DNA of 62,328 nucleotides from an uncultured bacterium (GTDB lineage Bacteria; Chlamydiota; Chlamydiia; Chlamydiales; 2-12-FULL-49-11): NCBI GenBank assembly GCA_964552055.1, contig CAZKFL010000004.1, positions 28,892 to 91,219 of the forward strand, read 5' to 3'. Shown piece by piece: positions 54,775 to 62,328 of this stretch (position 1 is its first letter; each line of letters starts with the position of its first letter). The notes under the pieces were generated by a model. It saw only the letters and a program-made list of their open reading frames with translations, ran no database searches and was not told where the DNA came from. The position numbers and the translations under genes were made by a program.

Positions 54775-56229
54775 ATGAAAAGATTGTTGTTATGTGCACT
54801 GCCTATCTTTGGAGCAATGAATTTTGTGGAGGCTGGACTCAAGGATCCAACAGCATGTGAAAGTTGTGGGAAGAGTCTTTCTCAAGCATTTATTAATGTA
54901 GCAAAAAAATGTAGACCAGCTGTTGTTCATATTCGAGTAGAGACAGGTGGCGGCCATTTAAATCCATTTGGTGATTCAAGTAATCCATTTGAACAGTTTC
55001 AAGATGATTTATTTAATCGATTTTTTGGATTTTCGGGAGGTCCGCAAAGAGGACAACCTCAAAACTCTCAGCAGGTGAGTACTGGCACGGGTTTTATTGT
55101 TTCCTCTGATGGTTATATTGTTACGAATTACCATGTGATCAAAGATGGTAGTAAAATTATTGTAGAGAAGTATGATGACATTGAAAAGCAATACGAAGCA
55201 GAACTTATTGGTTGCGATCCAAACACAGATTTGGCCGTACTGAAAATTAAAGCGGGTGATGATTTGCCATTTCTTGAATTTGCCGATTCTGATGAACTTG
55301 AAGTTGCTCAATGGGTTATGGCTATCGGTCATCCATTTAAACTGCGTGACTCTGTCTCTGCAGGTGTGATTTCTGCAACGCATCGAGGTGATTTGCAAAT
55401 TTCCCAGTTGGAAGATTTTATACAAACCGACGCAGCTATTAATCCAGGTCATTCTGGTGGTCCTCTTGTCGATTTGAATGGAAGAGTAATTGGTGTTAAT
55501 ACGGCAATTTTATCTAAAACTGGTGGTAATATTGGCGTTGGTTTTGCAGTTCCAAGTAATATAGCAAAGATGGTTTATCTCCAAATTCAAGAAGGAGGAT
55601 CCGTTGACAGGGCATTTCTTGGTGTTCAGATACAAGATTTGAGTGAAGATCTTTGCACAGGTTTTAGATTAAAAAAGGGGACTACTGGCGCTTTGATTGC
55701 TGAAGTTGTTCCCGATTCATCAGCTGCTACTTCGGGTCTTCAGGCAGGAGATGTGGTAGTTGACTTCAATGGAGAAACTATTAAATCTTCAAAACAACTC
55801 TACACAACTCTAGCAAAACTACCTGCTGGCGAAAAATGCAATATGACAATTCTTCGTGATGGAAAACAGAAAAAAATACATATCGTTTTGGGATCTAAAG
55901 CAAAAGAAGCATCTACTGAAGGTGATATCATTCACAAATTAGGTATTTTTGTAGAACAAATTACTCCTGAAAATGCAGGTAAATTTGGAATAAAAGCTGA
56001 AGAAAAAGGAGTTGTTGTTAGCAAGGTTCTTCCTGGAACAATAGCTGCTTTGCTTGGCTGGACTCCTGGTAGTGTGATCATGGTTGTTAATGGGCAAAAA
56101 GTTGCATCTGTTACTGACCTTAAAAAATCGCTAGAGAGTGCTAATCCAAAAGAAAGACTTGTGATACTCATGAATTATCATGGAAGAGCAACATTCCACA
56201 GCATCCCACACCCCAGCAGCAGTAGTTAA
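54775..56229 (+). CDS. htrA: HtrA/DegP serine protease with two PDZ domains
   Basis: Signal peptide; TNYHV, DLAV, DAAINPGHSGG; PDZ motifs FLGVQI and LGIFV. Confidence 0.95.
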   Translation: MKRLLLCALPIFGAMNFVEAGLKDPTACESCGKSLSQAFINVAKKCRPAVVHIRVETGGGHLNPFGDSSNPFEQFQDDLFNRFFGFSGGPQRGQPQNSQQVSTGTGFIVSSDGYIVTNYHVIKDGSKIIVEKYDDIEKQYEAELIGCDPNTDLAVLKIKAGDDLPFLEFADSDELEVAQWVMAIGHPFKLRDSVSAGVISATHRGDLQISQLEDFIQTDAAINPGHSGGPLVDLNGRVIGVNTAILSKTGGNIGVGFAVPSNIAKMVYLQIQEGGSVDRAFLGVQIQDLSEDLCTGFRLKKGTTGALIAEVVPDSSAATSGLQAGDVVVDFNGETIKSSKQLYTTLAKLPAGEKCNMTILRDGKQKKIHIVLGSKAKEASTEGDIIHKLGIFVEQITPENAGKFGIKAEEKGVVVSKVLPGTIAALLGWTPGSVIMVVNGQKVASVTDLKKSLESANPKERLVILMNYHGRATFHSIPHPSSSS

Positions 56230-56234
56230 GTAAA

Positions 56235-56336
56235 TTCACCGCAGAGACGCGGAGAACCCCGAGATTGCAGAGAAAGAGAAAATAAGCTTTCTTTTATTCT
56301 CTGTGATTTCGCCGTTCTCCGCATCTCTGCGGTGAA
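56235..56336. repeat. CACCGCAGAG-family palindromic element, copy 2, between convergent genes (possible bidirectional terminator)
   Basis: ttcaccgcagagacgcggagaac / gttctccgcatctctgcggtgaa (22/23). Confidence 0.92.
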
Positions 56337-56353
56337 CTCTTTTTTACTTTAGA

Positions 56354-59300
56354 TTAGAGAGGGGCTTCGACCATGGGCGGTAGTTTTTTTGCTGCAAAGA
56401 GAGGGAGCTCTTTATGGATGAGATCGATATTTGCGTAAGTGATTTGTACCGCATCTGTTAGTAATTTAGGGAGCAAGCACTCTTTGACTGCAAGAATAAT
56501 GTCTTCCGCTGTTGCATTTAAGATTTGATCTCTGAATTTTTGCCTGACTTCTTTTGTAAGTCCTACTTTGTGTTGAAAGTAGGTGATTGAAGCGCGTGAG
56601 CCTGGTGGGACTACACCATCAACATCTTGTAGATATCCAAGTTTTGCTTCCAATAAGTCCTCTGAAGTAAATTCACCTGCAGCAATCATTTCAACTGCAG
56701 TATTAAATGCTTTATAGGTGGAAGAAATATTTGGGTCTCTGGAACTAAAAAATTGATAGATTCCTGTAAGAATGTTGTATTTAGCGCCACAGTGATACGC
56801 TCCACCTTCTTCACGAATTTGGCTATGGAGTCCAAGATTTTCAAAAAGGTAACTTGCAAGTTTCAAGTATGCTGCATATCTAGAAGACATAGTGACTGTT
56901 TCAAGAGACATTGCATTGTGTGCAATTGGATAGGCAATTCCTTTTGCAGAATTTATTACTTGCTCTGGTTTGGAAAGTTCTACCCAAGGACAGAATGAGA
57001 TTGATGCGTCTGAAAATGTTTTCCATCCGTAAAAATCATTTTCACTTAGATTTTTATATGTCTCTGCATCGCAAGAAAGGACAAAGTGGGGGTTGTTTAG
57101 ATGAAAAAGGGATTTGCTTAGGTGCTCAAATCTCTCAATGATTTCACTAATATTGCTTTCTAAATCAATCATTAGGTTTTCTAGAAATTTATAATAAGGA
57201 AGCCCATGCCAAAGATTTGATAGGAAATTCCAAGGAGAAAATCCGGAAGCTGATTCCTTTAGCGCATATTGAATAGAATGACTGTTTAGTTTCTGCTGCA
57301 AATAAGTATATGATTGTACAATCAGTTCCTTAATACGTTCGCGGTCTTTTAAATCAGGGCTTATCACAAAGTCTTTTAATAAATGGAAAAGTTCTTTGCT
57401 ATTTTCTTTTAAGGCTTTTCCTGAAATGGAAAAAGTAGGATAACAAGTTTCGTTGTTGTCTTTTTGCACATTTAAAGAAAGAGATGTCCAGATGCCACCA
57501 ACTTTTTTATGAATGTGTTTCAAGTTTTCCACATAGGATCGTCCACCTGCACCAAGATCTGTTAAGAGTGATGAGAAAAGGCGTAGATAAAAAAGGTCTT
57601 TTTCGGCTACTTGAGGAATATCAAAAACAAGATCAGCATAGATAATTCCATTTGTAAAGCACTCATGATGATAGACGGCAAGTTGATCAAATGTCTCCTT
57701 ATGAAGAGGAAAGTACGGACTATCTTTTGGGATTTCATTGAGCGATAAAATTGGAAGGCAGGAATCATCTTCTGTTTCGTTTGCCAATTGATAATTCTCA
57801 AGTTCTACTGCATCTTGTAAAAGGCAGTTGATTTCTTCCGGTTTTAAGGATTCTTGTTTAGCTTTAATAAAGGTAAGTTCTTCCTCTTGCATAGTCTTAA
57901 GCAGAGTTTGGTTTGGGGCAAGAGTCAATCTGTAGTAATGAGGATTATTAATGAGTTGATCCTGAATAAGTTTAGTTAGAAGATCTTTTTCAAAAACGAG
58001 AGACTCTAATTTTTCAAATGCAGAATGAACTTTTAATTCTTCGATGAGAGAGCCACCTTGAAGATAGGGGATTACGCTCCTGCCAAATAAATCAAGTCCA
58101 TAAGGTCCGCTATCACCACTAATTTCGTTGCGAGAAAACTTTAATTGATGAAGGGAAGCTTCAATTAAATCCTTTGGAATTTCTTGAGATGCAATTTCTT
58201 TTAGGGATGTAAATAAAAACTCTTCAATCTTATCAGCATTTTCCTTTTCGCAACCTCTTAATATTAGAGCATAAGGGGTGTCTCTAGCTTCAGTATCAAT
58301 TACAGATCCAGCATCCACGCAAAGACCTGAATTGAGAAGTTTGTGCTTCAAAAGTGATGCATCCGTATCCATTAAAATCGAGTCGAGAAGAGTAAGGGCT
58401 AAGAGCTCATCACCATTTTTAACATCAGTTGTAAGCCATGAAAACCCTATAAAAGTTTTTTGTTTTAAATCACTCTCACCAGTTGGATAAAAACTATCTT
58501 CTTTTTTAGGCTCTTTAAATCTTGGTTGCTTAACAATAGGAGGAATAGCTTCAAGTTTTTCGGCTTTGCTAAGCACTCGTTTCTCAATGTAATCTAAATG
58601 CTCTTCTATGGGGATATTTCCATAAAAATAAAATATGCAACGACTGGGAGCGTAATACTGATGATGAAAATCAATTAAATCTTGATGAGTGAGTTTAGGG
58701 ATTTCTTTCGGATCCCCCCCTGAATCATGACCATATGGCGTATTCGGACATAGACCACAAGCAAGCTTTCTCCAAAGAACTGAATCGGGATTTGAAAATA
58801 CCCCCTTCATTTCATTAAAAACAATACCTTGGATCGTAAGTGGAGTTTTGGGATCTTTCGGATCCGTAAATGTAAAGCGATACCCTTCTTGCTCAAAGCT
58901 TGTCTTTTTTAAAAGAGGGTGAAATGTAGCGTCTAGATAAACATCTAAAAGATTATAGAAGTCACTTTTGATCTTTGACGCAGCAGGATAAGCGGTCCAT
59001 AATTTTGCGGTGAGCGCGTTCATGTAGGTATTGCTGCTCCGTCTTAGCATGGAAAAAAACGGATCGTGAATTTGAAATTTTTCTGAACCACAAAGAGTTG
59101 TATGTTCTAAGATATGAGCAATGCCTGTGCTGTCGTATGGATATGTCTTAAAGGTTAACGCAAACACATTTTCTTCATCGTCTGCCTTGATATGGACAAC
59201 TTCAGCGCCGCTCTTTTCGTGAATGATATGAAAAAGTTCTACGCCAATTTCCTTAAGATTATGAAATTCTTTTACATGAAAACCGTTGTAGTGCTGCCCC

Positions 59301-59371
59301 TTCTTCATTCTAAACCCCAAGCCTAGTTTTATAGCCTTTCCAGTATCAATTATTTTTGACTTTTTTACCAA
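56354..59371 (-). CDS. M16C (insulinase/presequence protease-like) zinc metalloprotease
   Basis: GIAHILEHTTLCGS (HxxEH), MNA.T, GIVFNEMKG, IREEGGAY; start could be the ATG at 59308. Confidence 0.92.
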   Translation of the reverse strand: MVKKSKIIDTGKAIKLGLGFRMKKGQHYNGFHVKEFHNLKEIGVELFHIIHEKSGAEVVHIKADDEENVFALTFKTYPYDSTGIAHILEHTTLCGSEKFQIHDPFFSMLRRSSNTYMNALTAKLWTAYPAASKIKSDFYNLLDVYLDATFHPLLKKTSFEQEGYRFTFTDPKDPKTPLTIQGIVFNEMKGVFSNPDSVLWRKLACGLCPNTPYGHDSGGDPKEIPKLTHQDLIDFHHQYYAPSRCIFYFYGNIPIEEHLDYIEKRVLSKAEKLEAIPPIVKQPRFKEPKKEDSFYPTGESDLKQKTFIGFSWLTTDVKNGDELLALTLLDSILMDTDASLLKHKLLNSGLCVDAGSVIDTEARDTPYALILRGCEKENADKIEEFLFTSLKEIASQEIPKDLIEASLHQLKFSRNEISGDSGPYGLDLFGRSVIPYLQGGSLIEELKVHSAFEKLESLVFEKDLLTKLIQDQLINNPHYYRLTLAPNQTLLKTMQEEELTFIKAKQESLKPEEINCLLQDAVELENYQLANETEDDSCLPILSLNEIPKDSPYFPLHKETFDQLAVYHHECFTNGIIYADLVFDIPQVAEKDLFYLRLFSSLLTDLGAGGRSYVENLKHIHKKVGGIWTSLSLNVQKDNNETCYPTFSISGKALKENSKELFHLLKDFVISPDLKDRERIKELIVQSYTYLQQKLNSHSIQYALKESASGFSPWNFLSNLWHGLPYYKFLENLMIDLESNISEIIERFEHLSKSLFHLNNPHFVLSCDAETYKNLSENDFYGWKTFSDASISFCPWVELSKPEQVINSAKGIAYPIAHNAMSLETVTMSSRYAAYLKLASYLFENLGLHSQIREEGGAYHCGAKYNILTGIYQFFSSRDPNISSTYKAFNTAVEMIAAGEFTSEDLLEAKLGYLQDVDGVVPPGSRASITYFQHKVGLTKEVRQKFRDQILNATAEDIILAVKECLLPKLLTDAVQITYANIDLIHKELPLFAAKKLPPMVEAPL

Positions 59372-59438
59372 GTTAAATTCATTGCTTAGAAAACAATGTC
59401 TTTGATATTCTTTATAAAAATTTAACAGAGTCTAGGAT

Positions 59439-59741
59439 GTGTCAATGAGTAGTGGATTTCCTGAAATAAAATCATTTACGGTTTCCAACGCTTGTAGACC
59501 AGAGGAAAGCTGTGAACATGCAACTTCTTTAACATTAGTAGATGGAAGAGTATTTAAGAAAAGACTTTCAGCGGAGGACATAGATTTACTTATAACCTCA
59601 CTGCCTAGAGAGCAAGTATTTTTTGCAGGTGGATGGGGAGGAGTCGATGCTCGTCGCCATTTTCATGTTTATGAAGGACGGTCTACATCTAAATTATCTG
59701 ACCTATTTAAAAAAATTATCAGTGGAGTTAAAGAAGTTTGA
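59439..59741 (+). CDS. Small hypothetical protein
   Basis: ORF overlapping the next start codon (TTGA); no recognised motif. Confidence 0.45.
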   Translation: MSMSSGFPEIKSFTVSNACRPEESCEHATSLTLVDGRVFKKRLSAEDIDLLITSLPREQVFFAGGWGGVDARRHFHVYEGRSTSKLSDLFKKIISGVKEV

Positions 59742-60301
59742 TTAATTGGGATAAGATTTGGAAAATACATTCCCCCTTTTTTAAAGATGGTTTCGGAGTG
59801 ATCCCCCTAACAAAAGACCTCTCATTTCGCCTAAAGCCAGGCCCTGGCTTTGGAGATCTTTCTCATCCCACAACAAAACTTATGCTTAATTTTTTAAAAC
59901 CTCTTGTTAAAGATAAAATCGTCATCGATATTGGCTCCGGCTCCGGAATACTTTCCATTGCAGCAGCCCTTCTTGGGGCTAAAGAAGTTTACGCATTTGA
60001 AATTGACGAAGATGCCATCCTTCACTCTCGCGAAAACTTTAAACTGAACAATCTAGACATTCACCTTAACAAAGAGCCTCCAAAAGTCGACCTAGTCCTT
60101 ATTAACATGATCTCCTCCGAGCAGCGCATAGCCCTTAAGCAATACCCCTTTATTAAAGATCATCCCCACACGCTCCTTGCCTCTGGCCTCCTAAAAGAGG
60201 AGAGAGATTCTTACCTGAAAGAAATGCAAGAGTGGCAAGCAATTGGTGAAGCAATCGAAGGCGATTGGCTCTCCATCAATTTCAAAAAGCTCGTAAACTA
60301 A
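59738..60301 (+). CDS. prmA: PrmA-like SAM-dependent methyltransferase (short)
   Basis: PGPGFGDLSHPTT.L, VIDIGSGSGILSIAAALLGA, LLASGLL. Confidence 0.75.
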   Translation: MINWDKIWKIHSPFFKDGFGVIPLTKDLSFRLKPGPGFGDLSHPTTKLMLNFLKPLVKDKIVIDIGSGSGILSIAAALLGAKEVYAFEIDEDAILHSRENFKLNNLDIHLNKEPPKVDLVLINMISSEQRIALKQYPFIKDHPHTLLASGLLKEERDSYLKEMQEWQAIGEAIEGDWLSINFKKLVN

Positions 60302-60371
60302 TAATTTTAATACAGTTAAAGTATCGCATAAAGTACAATATCTATATTAATAAGTGCTTTTTGAGGGTTAA

Positions 60372-62015
60372 ATGATACATTTTCCAGTTGGAATAGCAGA
60401 GAGATTTACGGATCATCCGATCGCTCGCCCAATAACTAAAATAGTAAGTTTTACTACCGGCGTAGCTAGAGAAGTGTCCGCATTTATTCGCGAACTTATA
60501 AGCACTTTTTTTGACTCAATTGCATGGTCTTTCTATACCGTAACCGGTAAAAAAAAGAGTTTCATTGAAAGGGTAATTGCAAAAGATTTGACATATGTGT
60601 GTTTGCCCGAAGCTCTTCAAAGAGACAAGGCAATTATCCTAAAGTTGATTGAAGCCGGCCAAAGTGCTTTTTTAAAGCATGTTGAAAGGCGGTGTTTTGA
60701 TACGGCTGTGGTAAATGCCGCTATAAGAAAAAAAATTTGTAATTTTTCCTATTTGCCTGCTGATATAAGAGAGCGTAAAATTGATTATGCAATGGAGTGT
60801 GCCTCAAGAAATTCTGACTACATTAAATACAGTTTATTAAGGTATGTATCAAAGAGCCATTTATTGGAGTATTTAAAGCAAGATTGGCGCGCAGTAAGTG
60901 TGTGTAGTACAGATATTTGGAGCGATGAAATCAAAAAGGCAGTGGTTCATACATTTTTTCGTGAGTTTCGAAAATTTAGAAATCCTCAATTTTCTCATCT
61001 TATCAGTTGTATTCCATATAAGCTTAGATGTGATTTTCTATTATATTTTTTTAGAACTCAATGGGAAAAAGTTTTAAATATCCCTGATTTTATATCCTTA
61101 CTCCCTCAAGCAAAGCTTGCCGAATTTTTTTCTGGGATTGTTAATATATTACACCCTAGAATTATTCTAGAGATACCAAGAGAGTACCAAACAGAAAAGA
61201 TGTGGATATCGGTCATGGTTCGATCTGCTAATAGCTTACTATATATGAGTCATTGTCCTTATGATTCAGAACAATTTTATGAGGCAGTATTACGAGAAAG
61301 GCACTTGTTTTCAAGGGATATGCCTAAGTCGGCTTTCACACAGAATTTGGCAGACCTTGTAGCCTCATTTGGGACTGAGTATGTTCAAGATATTCCGCCG
61401 CAATTTATTCATGAAGAAATGGCTAAAAAGGTAATCAATGATCCTAGGTTTCTTAGAGAATTTGCTGGCTGGGATATGGGAGATCGCAGATTTTCTGTGA
61501 TGGTTAGAGCGCCTTATAAACTTTTCGCAGATCATCATATTTTACCCTTCAAACCTTTGCTTGTACAAAAACTGCCGAATACGGCCCACTCAAGACATGC
61601 GCTCTTTATTGCTGATTGGATAAAAGTAGAGCATTTATCCGTTGCAGAAATTCGTGATTTCCTCTCACTATTTAGTGAAGAGGCTGTAGATCTAATAATG
61701 AAATTATTGCCTAAGAGAAGGTACATTCAGCATAGATATGTTCATGATCACGATCTTGCTAAGTGTTTAGTGCAAGTAGACGGACTTTTTTTGCGATATT
61801 TTCTACATTATCAAAATGATATAGAAGTTCTTCGTCTGGCTGTTCAGAATAATCCAGCTGCCTGGCAATTCTGTTCAGATGAAAAAATGAAATTACAGCA
61901 CATGATCGTAAAGCTTACTTCCCGTTTAGCCAGAGGTGATTTACCACCTGACAGGCAAAAAAAGACCATCCAGTTACGTAACGTGCTCAAACAAGTCAGT
62001 TTGCAGGGCTTTTAA
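60372..62015 (+). CDS. DUF4116-like helical repeat protein
   Basis: LPEALQRDKAIILK, LVQVDGLFLRYF, NDIEVLRLAVQNNPAAWQF. Confidence 0.65.
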   Translation: MIHFPVGIAERFTDHPIARPITKIVSFTTGVAREVSAFIRELISTFFDSIAWSFYTVTGKKKSFIERVIAKDLTYVCLPEALQRDKAIILKLIEAGQSAFLKHVERRCFDTAVVNAAIRKKICNFSYLPADIRERKIDYAMECASRNSDYIKYSLLRYVSKSHLLEYLKQDWRAVSVCSTDIWSDEIKKAVVHTFFREFRKFRNPQFSHLISCIPYKLRCDFLLYFFRTQWEKVLNIPDFISLLPQAKLAEFFSGIVNILHPRIILEIPREYQTEKMWISVMVRSANSLLYMSHCPYDSEQFYEAVLRERHLFSRDMPKSAFTQNLADLVASFGTEYVQDIPPQFIHEEMAKKVINDPRFLREFAGWDMGDRRFSVMVRAPYKLFADHHILPFKPLLVQKLPNTAHSRHALFIADWIKVEHLSVAEIRDFLSLFSEEAVDLIMKLLPKRRYIQHRYVHDHDLAKCLVQVDGLFLRYFLHYQNDIEVLRLAVQNNPAAWQFCSDEKMKLQHMIVKLTSRLARGDLPPDRQKKTIQLRNVLKQVSLQGF

Positions 62016-62112
62016 TGATGCGGGCTAGCTTTGGGGGCGTCAAATTTGGCGCTGTTTAATGCTACTTTTACTACCTATTTTATATGATTAATAGGATGCC
62101 CTTGATATGCAC

Positions 62113-62325
62113 GATAAAAAAGAAAGACCGCAGCGATATTAGGATCCGCTTCGCTCACAGGATAAAAAGGGAATGATAAATTATTAATATCCATCGCCTA
62201 ACGTAAGCTAATGTATTATAAATAGCTTACGTGAATTGTGAAAATAATTCGCATTAGTTGTTTATTCTTGATATCTTGTGAGCGAAGCGGATCCTAATAT
62301 CGCTGCCCTTTTTCTTTTTTTTATC
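62113..62325. repeat. ~210-bp palindromic element of the GCAGCGATATTAGGATCC family with a nested hairpin
   Basis: Arms 62130-62164 and 62272-62306 match at 34/35; inner IR acgtaagcta (62201) / tagcttacgt (62223). Confidence 0.92.
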
Positions 62326-62328
62326 ACA

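Noticed and set aside
1-62328. tRNA, rRNA, riboswitch or transposase genes
   Set aside because: I recognised no cloverleaf, rRNA-like tract, known aptamer or DDE/HUH motif by eye; tRNAscan-SE/Infernal would be needed to exclude them formally

Overview
AT-rich window from a member of the phylum Chlamydiota, most likely an environmental lineage. The housekeeping backbone follows the gene order I recall for Chlamydia: murD-nlpD-ftsW-murG-murC, ftsQ-like-cutA-rsbV-miaA-rsfS-fabF-NUDIX, aas, cysS/lysS, priA, ftsY-sucC-sucD, htrA and an M16 protease. Host-interaction genes are interleaved with it. The most striking feature is a ubiquitin-ligase island inside the cell-wall (dcw) operon. It holds two paralogous eukaryote-type HECT E3 ligases (one with an IpaH-like LRR cap, one with a ubiquitin-like domain and repeated unknown domains) and an LRR-NEL E3 ligase. 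These flank a murC that has no Ddl half. Other accessory genes are three F-box proteins, a papain-like Cys-His-Asp protease, an Inc-like protein, DUF4116-repeat proteins, small outer-membrane beta-barrels, and a 1193-aa PEP-synthase-type dikinase whose PEP-binding barrel is replaced by an unknown domain. Intergenic DNA carries TA-flanked MITEs (two stacked ones split a reconstructable TAATG nlpD/ftsW junction), four further palindromic element families and several short segmental duplications. I saw no tRNA, rRNA, CRISPR array or transposase. All assignments come from motif reading by eye; no database searches were run.
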